Source: a bacterium BMS3Bbin03 (GTDB taxonomy: Bacteria > Zhuqueibacterota > JdFR-76 > BMS3Abin05). From it: a stretch of 64,000 nucleotides of DNA. A program made the translations under genes and the position numbers. The notes under the pieces were generated by a model. It saw nothing but the letters and a program-made list of their open reading frames with translations. It was not told the origin of the DNA and searched no databases. Location of the stretch: the NCBI GenBank assembly GCA_002898015.1, contig BDTM01000035.1:42401-106400 (forward strand), given 5' to 3'. This document shows positions 9,928 to 18,865 of the stretch, one piece after another (within the stretch, counting starts at the first letter, position 1; each line of letters begins with the position of its first letter).

Positions 9928-12117
9928 ATGATTGCAGGTTTGAGTTTTAGCCTTTCGATTCAGGGGAGTTCGATTCTTTTAGCCGGACTGGTGATTTTTT
10001 CCATCGCCCTGGCCGTCTGGCTGTATTTGTACACGTATCCCCCAATTTCAAAGGGGCTGCGTATTTTTCTGGGAATTCTCCGCACACTGGCGCTTTTATT
10101 GATCGTGCTGCTTATCTTTCATCCGATTTTCCACGTGGTACGGCTTTATCTTCAGCGGCCGGATATTGCCGTTCTTGTCGACACCTCCCGCAGCATGACA
10201 ATCAAAGACGGACGTCGAATACGCGCCAATGTGGAGAAAGAAGTGCTTCGACAAAAAACGTTTAAAAATTTGAGCAAGCGGTACAATCTTCATTATTATT
10301 ACTTTTCGAATCGTGCCAAACCCTTTAAGGTGTCGAATCTGGATTCCCTGAACTTTAAATGGGATGGAACGGACATTTCACAATCCCTTTTAGATGTTCG
10401 GAAGGCTTTGCTCAATCAATATTTTTCCGGTGTTATTCTGATTTCAGATGGAATTTATAACGTGGGTGAAAATCCTCTTTTTCTGGCCAAAAATTATAAT
10501 GTGCCGATTTATTGCATCGGTATCGGCGATTCCACCGAAAAGAAAGATGTCTTAATTGCCCGGGTTCTGACGAACCGGATTGTGTATGCCAAAAATAAAA
10601 TACCGGTTGATGTCGTGGTGACCCAGTATGGATTTAAAGGGTCCAAAGTGATGGTGGTTTTGAAAAGAAATGGAAAAGTCATTGATTCGCAGCCGGTTAC
10701 GCTTGGTCCTTCAAAACAGGAGGAAACCGTCAGGTTGTATTTCACGCCGTTAAAAGAGGGATTTCAAAAATATGAAGTCGTCATTCCGCCTTTGAAATCG
10801 GAATTTACGACTTTAAATAATAGGCGCAGTTTTTACGTCAAGGTTTTAAAGAGCAAGCTGAAGGTGCTTATTCTGGCCGGCGGACCGTCCACGGATGTGA
10901 AATTTATCCGGCGCATTCTGGACGACGACGAGAACATCGATGTCAGAGTCGTGGCTCAAAAACGGTACGGGGGATTTTATGTCATTCCGGCGTCAGCCCG
11001 TTGGGAGACTGAACGGTTCGATGCCTTTGTGATGATTGGATTTCCAAGGTGGGGGATTCGCCCGGGTTTAAAACGGTTTTTACAGGCAAAATTGCTTCGG
11101 CCGAAAAAATCCCTGCTTTTTATCGACGGGGATAATTTGCGGTTGACTGATTTGCAGTTTCTGCAGCCCGTATTGCCTTTTAAAATCGATCTCACACCGG
11201 CACGTTTGTCGCAAGTCTATCTGGAACTCACATCGGCGGGTGAACAGGAGGATATTTTACGCGTCACAAATAATATGGAATCCAACATAAATCTCTGGCA
11301 GGATTTGCCGCCGGTCGATACGTATCTGCGGAATTTTTCGCCTTTGCCCGGGACGAAGGTATTGGCCGAAATTAATCCCGGACGGTCCAAATTGCCGCCC
11401 AATGCCCGGTTTAAAAAACCGCTTATTCTTTTGAGAAATCTGGATGGGCAGAAATCCATCGCGCTCCTGTTTGAAAATGTCTGGCGTTGGGATTTGATGA
11501 TGTGGGGCGTCGGAAAGAATGATGAAGTGCTGAATAAGTTTTTGTCCCGGTCCATCCGCTGGCTCTCGACGCGTGTCGAAAATAAACCCGTGCAACTGCG
11601 CACAGATAAGCAGATTTACCGAAGCGGAGAAGAGGTGGTTTTTCTGGGACAGGTTTACGACAAAGCTTTTAAACCGGTCGACGGCGCAGATTTTCGAGTA
11701 ACGGTCAGGAGCAAAAAAGATACCGTAAATCTTCTTCTGGAAAATGCGGGCAATGGAAATTACCAGGGAAAATTCCGCATTCAAATCCCCGGTGCTTACA
11801 CGTACAGAGGAACGGCGCGTTTGAATCGGTTGCTGTTGGGAGAAGCAAAGGGGAAGTTCTCGGCGGGAGAATTTCAAATCGAATTTCTGCAGACACGCAT
11901 GAATCAAAAACTGCTCCGGGAACTTTCGCAAAGCACATCCGGAAAATATTACAATCCGGACCAGGTGTCGCAGATCGAAAAAAACATTCGGATTCCCAGC
12001 CGGGAACTTTCGTCGGAAACGGAGTACAATCTCTGGAATTTTTGGTTCATCCTGGGCCTGATTGTACTGCTTTTCACAATTGAATGGAGCATCCGCAGGC
12101 GAAAAGGATTGTTGTAA
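9928..12117 (+). CDS. vWA-domain membrane protein (BatA-like N-terminal double transmembrane anchor, C-terminal transmembrane anchor)
   Basis: About 730 aa. There are two N-terminal transmembrane helices, a vWA MIDAS-like stretch (VLVDTSRSM), and a C-terminal transmembrane helix (FWFILGLIVLLFTIEW). The start is ambiguous between 9907 and 9928. Confidence 0.55.
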   Translation: MIAGLSFSLSIQGSSILLAGLVIFSIALAVWLYLYTYPPISKGLRIFLGILRTLALLLIVLLIFHPIFHVVRLYLQRPDIAVLVDTSRSMTIKDGRRIRANVEKEVLRQKTFKNLSKRYNLHYYYFSNRAKPFKVSNLDSLNFKWDGTDISQSLLDVRKALLNQYFSGVILISDGIYNVGENPLFLAKNYNVPIYCIGIGDSTEKKDVLIARVLTNRIVYAKNKIPVDVVVTQYGFKGSKVMVVLKRNGKVIDSQPVTLGPSKQEETVRLYFTPLKEGFQKYEVVIPPLKSEFTTLNNRRSFYVKVLKSKLKVLILAGGPSTDVKFIRRILDDDENIDVRVVAQKRYGGFYVIPASARWETERFDAFVMIGFPRWGIRPGLKRFLQAKLLRPKKSLLFIDGDNLRLTDLQFLQPVLPFKIDLTPARLSQVYLELTSAGEQEDILRVTNNMESNINLWQDLPPVDTYLRNFSPLPGTKVLAEINPGRSKLPPNARFKKPLILLRNLDGQKSIALLFENVWRWDLMMWGVGKNDEVLNKFLSRSIRWLSTRVENKPVQLRTDKQIYRSGEEVVFLGQVYDKAFKPVDGADFRVTVRSKKDTVNLLLENAGNGNYQGKFRIQIPGAYTYRGTARLNRLLLGEAKGKFSAGEFQIEFLQTRMNQKLLRELSQSTSGKYYNPDQVSQIEKNIRIPSRELSSETEYNLWNFWFILGLIVLLFTIEWSIRRRKGLL

Positions 12118-12127
12118 AGGGGGAATA

Positions 12128-14677
12128 ATGAAATTTCTTCTTCTTTTTTCGTTCATTTTTTTGGTTCTGTTTTCATTCGTGCAAACGGTCTTTCCTCAGG
12201 TGCGGCTTTCTGAAATTATGTTTGATCCGGTCGGCAGTGAATACACCGATGAGTTTATCGAAATTTACAATCGAAGCCTGTCGGATTCGATCAATCTTTC
12301 AGGCTGGAAAATCGGCGATGAAAAATCGCTGGATGCCGTCACGGAGGCAGGGTCCGGATTAGTGCTGGCCCCGGGGCAGTACGGGCTCATCCTGGATCCC
12401 GGGTATTTTACACACTCGACCGCGTACGATTCACGCATTCCGCCCGGCGCTCTAATTCTGACCATAACCGGCAATTCGTTTGGAAGCGGTGGATTGAGCA
12501 ATTCAAAACCGGAGACGGTTTATCTGGTCAACGCAGCAGGGGATACGGTCGATGCTTACCGGTACACACTAGACAATCCGCCGGGTTTTTCAGACGAAAA
12601 AATAAACATGAATCAGAATTCAAATACAAATAATTGGAAGAACGCCCTGATCCTAAACGGCACGCCAGGGTATCTGAATAGTGTGGCACGGCGGACACAA
12701 GATGTGGCTCTGATTGCCGCCGATTGGGATTCGCTTCAAGTCCGAAACGGCGGGGCATTTTCTCCCCTTTTCAGAATCAAAAATGCGGGGACAGTTTCTG
12801 CCTCGGGCATGAATTTGGCCGTTTACGAGGACAAAGATTTTAATGAAGAGTTTGAAACCTCCGAAATAATTTTTCAGAAGGCTGTTCCGGAAACCCTTTC
12901 TGCGGAAGATTCCCTTGCGCTAAAAATCAATCTCGGGAAATTAGCTCCCGGCCTTCACCGGTTTAAGGCGGTGTTGAACTGGGCGTCCGATGAAAATATC
13001 CGGAACAATTTTCTCCTGTTTAAAGTGCCGGTAAAATTTTTGCCGCATTCTCTCCTGTTTTCGGAAATCATGTACCGTCCCGCGGCAGGCTCTCCGGAAT
13101 GGGTGGAAATCAAAAATGTTTCCGGAGCCGCTGTCCGGCTTTATCGATGGTATTTTTCAGATGAAAACACAAACCGGGCCGGTGAGGTGTTCCGGGATCC
13201 CGTCCGGCTTCAGCCGAACGGCTACGTGGTTCTGGCACAATCCGAAATTCCGGATGCGCCGGATTCACTTCGGTCCCGCGAAATTATTGTTCCGAATTGG
13301 CCCACATTGAACAACTCGGGTGACGAAGTGTGGTTGTTCGATCCGGCCGGTGCGCCGATTGCGCAGACGGACTACTCGATTCAGCCTTTAACACCGGCCG
13401 GATTTTCGCTCGAACGCATGGAATTTGCAATCGATCAGGCGGATTCGGATGCCTGGGGCGTCAGCCGAATCGCGGGCGGCACACCTGGCAGTCCCAATTC
13501 CATCAACCCGTTGTTCGTGGACGGTGTTCTTGATTGTGCGCCTGAAAATGATCCGGTAAAAGTTTATTTTAAAGATTCGGTGATTGTAAATTTCCTTTTT
13601 AAAAATGAAGGCAGGCGGAAGATCGGGGAGAGCCGGGTTAAAATTTATGAGGATCGAAATCAAAACGGGGCATTTGAGCCAGAGGAACAAATTCAGGAGG
13701 AGTCGTTTTGTTCAGAAACCTTAAATCCGGGAGATTCCGTCAATTGCAGCGTTTATCTTGATGGATTATCTTCGGGCAAACATTCTCTGTCGGCATTTTG
13801 GGAGGTTCGGGAGGAGCAAAATCCGGCCGACAACCGGGTTTCTTTTTTCGTCTGGCGGGGTTTCCCGGAATCGGCCGTCGTGCTCAACGAAGTCATGTAC
13901 GATCCCCGTCCCGGCCGGCCGGAATGGGTGGAATTATTCAATCCCGGGGCAGAAGCCGTATCGCTGCAGGATTGGCTGATTTGTGATACACGAAAAGCCC
14001 TTGGGAAGGGGGCATTTAGGCCGCCGTCTTTCATTCTCCCTGAAGATTTCAAAGTCCTCACCCGGGATTCATCCTTTTTTACGGTTTACCCGGATGTCGA
14101 TAAAGACCATGTTCTGGTTGATAAAAATTTCCCCACATTGAACAATTCGGGCGATTCATTATTTTTAATAGATTTATCCGGTGCGACGATTGACAGCCTG
14201 GTTTACCGCTCTGCCTGGGGCGGACAAAACGGCCGTTCCCTGGAGAGAATTCGCTCCGGGAATTCGACTGCGGACAGCACCAACTGGAGTGCCTCGGTCG
14301 CCGAATCGGGGTGCACCCCCGCGGCACCGAACAGCATTTTGCTTCACACGGAGGCGTCGGGCAATTGGCTGACGATTGCGCCGGATCCATTTTCTCCGGA
14401 CGGGGATGGAAGAGATGATTTTGTGACGTTCACCATTCAGACAAAATTTCCAACAGCCGTGGCTGAATTGAAAATTTTTGATTCTGTGGGCAGGGAAATT
14501 CGGAGATTACTGGCCAATCAGCCTGTTGGGAGCCGGTACGAATGCATCTGGGACGGCCGTGATGTCAACGGAAAGATTCTGCCCATGGGGATTTACATTG
14601 CCTATTTGGAAATTTATGTGAATCAAAGGAAACAAAAGTCGACTAAAAAAGTATTTGTATTAGCAAAACGAATGTGA
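12128..14677 (+). CDS. Secreted protein with three lamin-tail-domain (LTD) repeats and a T9SS C-terminal sorting domain
   Basis: It has a signal peptide (MKFLLLFSFIFLVLFSFVQT). The LTD-like motif repeats three times (SEIMFDPVGSEYTDEFIEIYN, SEIMYRPAAGSPEWVEIKN, NEVMYDPRPGRPEWVELFN), each followed by a beta-sandwich. The C-terminus (PDPFSPDGDGRDDF...KIFDSVGREI...WDGRDVNGK...GIYIAYL...KKVFVLAKRM) fits the Por-secretion tail pattern. Confidence 0.6.
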   Translation: MKFLLLFSFIFLVLFSFVQTVFPQVRLSEIMFDPVGSEYTDEFIEIYNRSLSDSINLSGWKIGDEKSLDAVTEAGSGLVLAPGQYGLILDPGYFTHSTAYDSRIPPGALILTITGNSFGSGGLSNSKPETVYLVNAAGDTVDAYRYTLDNPPGFSDEKINMNQNSNTNNWKNALILNGTPGYLNSVARRTQDVALIAADWDSLQVRNGGAFSPLFRIKNAGTVSASGMNLAVYEDKDFNEEFETSEIIFQKAVPETLSAEDSLALKINLGKLAPGLHRFKAVLNWASDENIRNNFLLFKVPVKFLPHSLLFSEIMYRPAAGSPEWVEIKNVSGAAVRLYRWYFSDENTNRAGEVFRDPVRLQPNGYVVLAQSEIPDAPDSLRSREIIVPNWPTLNNSGDEVWLFDPAGAPIAQTDYSIQPLTPAGFSLERMEFAIDQADSDAWGVSRIAGGTPGSPNSINPLFVDGVLDCAPENDPVKVYFKDSVIVNFLFKNEGRRKIGESRVKIYEDRNQNGAFEPEEQIQEESFCSETLNPGDSVNCSVYLDGLSSGKHSLSAFWEVREEQNPADNRVSFFVWRGFPESAVVLNEVMYDPRPGRPEWVELFNPGAEAVSLQDWLICDTRKALGKGAFRPPSFILPEDFKVLTRDSSFFTVYPDVDKDHVLVDKNFPTLNNSGDSLFLIDLSGATIDSLVYRSAWGGQNGRSLERIRSGNSTADSTNWSASVAESGCTPAAPNSILLHTEASGNWLTIAPDPFSPDGDGRDDFVTFTIQTKFPTAVAELKIFDSVGREIRRLLANQPVGSRYECIWDGRDVNGKILPMGIYIAYLEIYVNQRKQKSTKKVFVLAKRM

Positions 14678-14684
14678 GGCAGGG

Positions 14685-15083
14685 ATGGGAAAGACATTCA
14701 AAACGGAACTTCAAGTGCGCTCCTACGAATTAGATTTTTACGGACATGTCAATAATGCCATTTATTTGAACTACCTTGAATACGCTCGGGGGAACTATCT
14801 TGAGCAGGTTGGATTTTCTTTTAAAGGCCTTATCAAACAGGATGTTTATCTGCTTGTCGCCCGGGTGGAAATGGATTACAAAGCCCCGGCGCACATGTCG
14901 GATTGGCTTGAAATTGAAGGCTTCATTGAAAAATTCGGGACGAAGAGCCTGGTTTTTCGTCAGATTATTCGAAACAGAACCAGTGCAGAACTGGTTTTGG
15001 ATGCGAGATCAACCCTTGTTTTTGTCAATGGAAAGAGGAAGACAATTCCGATTCCGGATAATTTCAAAGAGAAATTTCTTTAA
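14685..15083 (+). CDS. Acyl-CoA thioesterase, hotdog fold (YbgC/4HBT family)
   Basis: 132 aa. YELDFYGHVNNAIYLNYLEYAR is typical of the 4HBT family. Confidence 0.7.
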   Translation: MGKTFKTELQVRSYELDFYGHVNNAIYLNYLEYARGNYLEQVGFSFKGLIKQDVYLLVARVEMDYKAPAHMSDWLEIEGFIEKFGTKSLVFRQIIRNRTSAELVLDARSTLVFVNGKRKTIPIPDNFKEKFL

Positions 15084-15105
15084 CCTGTAACCGAAGGAGG
15101 CAAAC

Positions 15106-16188
15106 GTGCAGCGAATATTTGAAAAAATTAGAGAAAGCGCCGGGTTAGAAATTTCTCAATATGCGTTCGACAAAATATTAAGGGCGATGGCCACAGATTC
15201 TTATGGATGGAGAATTGTGGATATTTCGGATCAGCCGTTTAATTTGGTGGCGGAAACACTCAAGCAAATGGAAAATACCGGTTATCTTAAATTTGTGGGC
15301 AGCCGAATCGATCTCACCCGGAATGGGAAGAATCTGCTGCGCCAGCGCGGGATCTACCCAAAAGCCGACTTCCGGTGCACCCATTGCAAAGGCACCGGAT
15401 ACGATGTGTCGACTTACGAAGAAATGATTGCGAAATTTAACGAAACGCTTGAAAAGCTGCCGCGCCCGGAGTCGATTCAGAATCGCTGGATTATGACCCC
15501 GGAGTCGATTTTCAGGCGCGCCATGCTGATGGTACAAAAGGGTAATTCGGCCGGTAAGGAAATCGTGATTTTGAAAGATGCCGATTTGTTGAGCCTCGCA
15601 CTTGCATTAACCCGGCTCCCCGATAAAATTACGGTTCTGGAGGACAATCGTGAAATGGCGGATTATCTGTTCAATTTGTCGCACACCGCCCGTCTTCCGA
15701 TCGAAGTTCACGAATATGATCTGAAAGATGCCATACCTAAAAAATTCTTTGGCAAATACGATGTGTTCATGGCCGATCCGCCGGAAGGCTATGAAAGTCT
15801 GATGCTTTATTTAAAACGGGGGTTGGCGCTTCTTCGCCCGGGGGAAGGCCAGGCAGGATTTTTCGGGTTAACGCACACGGAGGCCTCTCTTCGGAAATGG
15901 CAGACCCTGCAGCGGGAATTATTGCTGATGAACGATATCGTCATCACGGATATTTTGTATGAATTCACCGAATATGAAAATGAAAATTTTCAACCGGATA
16001 AAATCCAGGCGGATGTTCCCATCTTTCAACAAAAGCCGACCGTCCCGTGGTACAAATCTTGTGTGTATCGTCTGGAGACTCTCGAGGAATTTGAGCCGCT
16101 CAGCGAGCCAATTGAAATCCATGACGATTTAATGAATGAAGAACAATTGGCTTATTCAAAAAAAACGGAGATCAAAGAGGAAACGTGA
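15106..16188 (+). CDS. DUF43/BpsA-like protein (candidate branched-chain polyamine aminopropyltransferase, Rossmann fold)
   Basis: 360 aa. The N-terminal domain looks like a winged helix. The C-terminal Rossmann region has IVILKDADLLSLALAL, which resembles the GDDDLxSxA loop I recall for DUF43/BpsA. This assignment is made from memory of the family only. Confidence 0.4.
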   Translation: MQRIFEKIRESAGLEISQYAFDKILRAMATDSYGWRIVDISDQPFNLVAETLKQMENTGYLKFVGSRIDLTRNGKNLLRQRGIYPKADFRCTHCKGTGYDVSTYEEMIAKFNETLEKLPRPESIQNRWIMTPESIFRRAMLMVQKGNSAGKEIVILKDADLLSLALALTRLPDKITVLEDNREMADYLFNLSHTARLPIEVHEYDLKDAIPKKFFGKYDVFMADPPEGYESLMLYLKRGLALLRPGEGQAGFFGLTHTEASLRKWQTLQRELLLMNDIVITDILYEFTEYENENFQPDKIQADVPIFQQKPTVPWYKSCVYRLETLEEFEPLSEPIEIHDDLMNEEQLAYSKKTEIKEET

Positions 16189-16238
16189 AAATAAGGATTC
16201 CTCGTTCATGCAGAATATTTAAAAAAGACCACTCATAA

Positions 16239-18863
16239 TTGAAAAATTCCTTTCTGGAAAAGCGGCTTGAAATTTTCAGGCGTCATCGGGGGAAATGGGA
16301 GGGCGCAGCCGCGGCGCAGGAGCTGACGCAGCTCACCGATGAGCTGATCACCCGGACTTTTTCGGATCAGTTCGGAGACCAAAATTCGGGTGTGGCCGTT
16401 TTTGCGCTGGGCGGATACGGGCGCTGCGAGCTCAATCTTCATTCCGATGTCGATTTATTGATTGTCACCGAAAACTCGAGTGCCGCTTTTCAACGATCAC
16501 TTCAGAAGATCATTCAATCCTTCTGGGACCTTGGGCTGGAAGTCGGGCATCAGGTGCAATCGATCGAGCAAACGATTGAGCTTGCCCTGCAGGAATGGAC
16601 CTTTCGGACGACTTTGCTGGAAATGCGCACTTTATGGGCCGATTTAAATCTGGTTGCGGAGGTTCAGAAGAACCTTCAAAGCCGGGTCATCTTTAAAGAC
16701 TACAAATCATTTCTCAAGACGATTCTCGCGGAGACAGAGACGCGTCATCAAAAATACGGCAATTCGCCGCAGTTACTGGAACCCAATCTCAAAAATGGAA
16801 TGGGGGGGCTGCGTGATTTTCACACACTGCTCTGGCTTTACCACAGCCACCCGGACTTTTCCCGGAAATTTGAAATACATCGAACCGCCCGCTCCGCCAC
16901 GCTTCATCTTTTAGAGAATTTCTTTCATCAGGCTTTTTTGCTGGAGGGCGATCATTTTGCTCTGAAACACGCGTTTGAATTTTTCATGACGCTGAGAAAT
17001 GAACTGCATTTTCTGACCGGGCAGAAAACCGACCGGCTGGAATATGGGCTGCAAAAGAAAATCACTTCAACACTCGGTTATGAAGATGTCCCGGAAATTC
17101 TGGCTGTTGAACAATTTCTGCGGGAATATTACTTGCACGCCCGTAAAATTTACCACACGTATCAAATTTTGTCTGAACTGTTCATACCCAAAATGACCTA
17201 TTTGCAAAAAGTCGAGGCCGATTCTTCGCAAGAAACACTTGCGCCGGCGATTTCAAGAATCGGCAATTCCATTGTGTTCAGCGGCGTTTCCACCCGGAAT
17301 TTTTCCGACCAGCCGGAGCTTCTGATGAAGATTTTTTTCTGGAAGCAAAAATATGATCTGAAATTGGGGGAATTCCTGAGAAGCCTGCTTTACCACCAGG
17401 CACAGAATCTGAATGAAGATTTCCAGAGAAATCAGGAAGTCATTCGTGTGTTTTTGCAGATTATGCAGAATCCCGAACGGTTGGGGGACGTCCTGCGGAC
17501 CATGCACGAGCTTGAGATTCTGGATCGCTTTCTGCCCGAGTTTTCAGCCATCACGGCTCTGGCGCAGCACGATCTCTATCATTACTATTCTGCAGATGAG
17601 CATACGCTTCTGGCCATTCAAAATGTGGCTGATTTAATGAACAGGGAAAAAGACCCATTCGAACTAAAATCGACATTAGAAAAACTGCCCCAAAAGGAAA
17701 TCTTGTTTTTGGCGCTTCTTTTTCACGACGTCGGAAAAGCGCTCCCCGGTTCGCATATTGAAACCGGCGTTGTACTGGCCAGGGAAGTTTTTGAGCGCTG
17801 GAAATTTTCGGGAGAAGCGGCTGAAAGAGTGCTTTTTCTGATTGAAAATCACTTAAAGATGGAACAATTTGCCTTCCGGAGGAATAGCGAAGATCCCTCC
17901 ACTTTGCAGCAATTTGCGAAAATTGTGCAGAACGTTCAAAATTTAGAATTGCTGTACCTGTTAACTTACGGCGATTTATCGGCTTTAAATCCAACCATCT
18001 GGTCTGAGTGGAAGGCCATTCAATTGTGGGAGCTCTTCCGGAATACGAAGCGCTATTTAATGGGTAAAAGCTTTTCTGCGCCTTTAAGTGAAAAAGAATT
18101 GATCCGTCTGTCCGAAGAAGTTTTGGCTTTTCTTTCTCCGGACATGAATCAAAACACGGTGTTAAAACACTTAAAACTGCTGGAAGAAGATTACTTAAAA
18201 ACATTTGAATCGCGTGAAATCGCACGGCATTTGGGGTTAATTGCCGATCTTCAGCAGCGCACGGCTTCTTTTGATTTTCGGGATCTCCGGACGCACTGGG
18301 ACGTCACCATTGTGACCCTGGATAAACCGCATTTGCTGGCCGAGATCTGCGGCGTGCTGGCTGCGAATGATCTGAGTATCTTTTCGGCTCAAATCTTCAC
18401 CCGCCGGGACGGTGTGGTGATCGACAGATTTCGTGTTCTGCCCTTTTCGAGCAATATTCAATTTTCCGAAATTGTTCAAAAAGACATCCTGGAGGATTTG
18501 ATCCGGGTCCTGTCCGGAAGAGAAGATTTAGGGCGCCTCCTCGCGCAGCACAAACGCCGCTGGAAACGCCGAAAATTTAAGGAAAGCGGCCGGCCGGATG
18601 AAATTGTGTTTGACAATCAGCTCTCGCCGGATTTCACAATCATCGACATTTTTACCGATGATGCGCCCGGCCTGCTCTACCAGATTGCGGACACCCTTTC
18701 AAAAAGCGGTGTCGATATTAGATCCGCTAAAATTTCTACACGGGTCGATCAGGCCTCCGACAGCTTTTATGTGGTCGACGATCAGGGACAAAAAATTTTG
18801 GATAAAACCCGCCAAATCAAAATTAAAGAAAGTGTCCTGCAGTCCCTCCGGCGCCGGCTCTGA
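16239..18863 (+). CDS. glnD: [Protein-PII] uridylyltransferase / uridylyl-removing enzyme
   Basis: 874 aa. It has a nucleotidyltransferase motif (VFALGGYGRCELNLHSDVDLLIV), an HD domain (LLFHDVGK), and two C-terminal ACT-like domains. The start is probably TTG at 16239. Confidence 0.8.
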   Translation: MKNSFLEKRLEIFRRHRGKWEGAAAAQELTQLTDELITRTFSDQFGDQNSGVAVFALGGYGRCELNLHSDVDLLIVTENSSAAFQRSLQKIIQSFWDLGLEVGHQVQSIEQTIELALQEWTFRTTLLEMRTLWADLNLVAEVQKNLQSRVIFKDYKSFLKTILAETETRHQKYGNSPQLLEPNLKNGMGGLRDFHTLLWLYHSHPDFSRKFEIHRTARSATLHLLENFFHQAFLLEGDHFALKHAFEFFMTLRNELHFLTGQKTDRLEYGLQKKITSTLGYEDVPEILAVEQFLREYYLHARKIYHTYQILSELFIPKMTYLQKVEADSSQETLAPAISRIGNSIVFSGVSTRNFSDQPELLMKIFFWKQKYDLKLGEFLRSLLYHQAQNLNEDFQRNQEVIRVFLQIMQNPERLGDVLRTMHELEILDRFLPEFSAITALAQHDLYHYYSADEHTLLAIQNVADLMNREKDPFELKSTLEKLPQKEILFLALLFHDVGKALPGSHIETGVVLAREVFERWKFSGEAAERVLFLIENHLKMEQFAFRRNSEDPSTLQQFAKIVQNVQNLELLYLLTYGDLSALNPTIWSEWKAIQLWELFRNTKRYLMGKSFSAPLSEKELIRLSEEVLAFLSPDMNQNTVLKHLKLLEEDYLKTFESREIARHLGLIADLQQRTASFDFRDLRTHWDVTIVTLDKPHLLAEICGVLAANDLSIFSAQIFTRRDGVVIDRFRVLPFSSNIQFSEIVQKDILEDLIRVLSGREDLGRLLAQHKRRWKRRKFKESGRPDEIVFDNQLSPDFTIIDIFTDDAPGLLYQIADTLSKSGVDIRSAKISTRVDQASDSFYVVDDQGQKILDKTRQIKIKESVLQSLRRRL

Positions 18864-18865
18864 TT

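Noticed and set aside
11257-12156. 299-aa minus-strand ORF inside the vWA gene
   Set aside because: It is fully antisense to a well-supported plus-strand gene. The composition (Arg, Pro and Phe rich) looks like frame-shadow translation, and no motifs are present.
17551-18225. 224-aa minus-strand ORF inside glnD
   Set aside because: It is antisense to the conserved HD-domain region of glnD. Its low complexity suggests a shadow ORF.
16239-18863. Alternative call of the 874-aa protein as a (p)ppGpp synthetase/hydrolase (RelA/SpoT)
   Set aside because: RelA/SpoT has its HD domain N-terminal to the synthetase and carries TGS/ACT domains. Here the nucleotidyltransferase domain comes first, followed by HD and ACT-ACT, which is the GlnD order.
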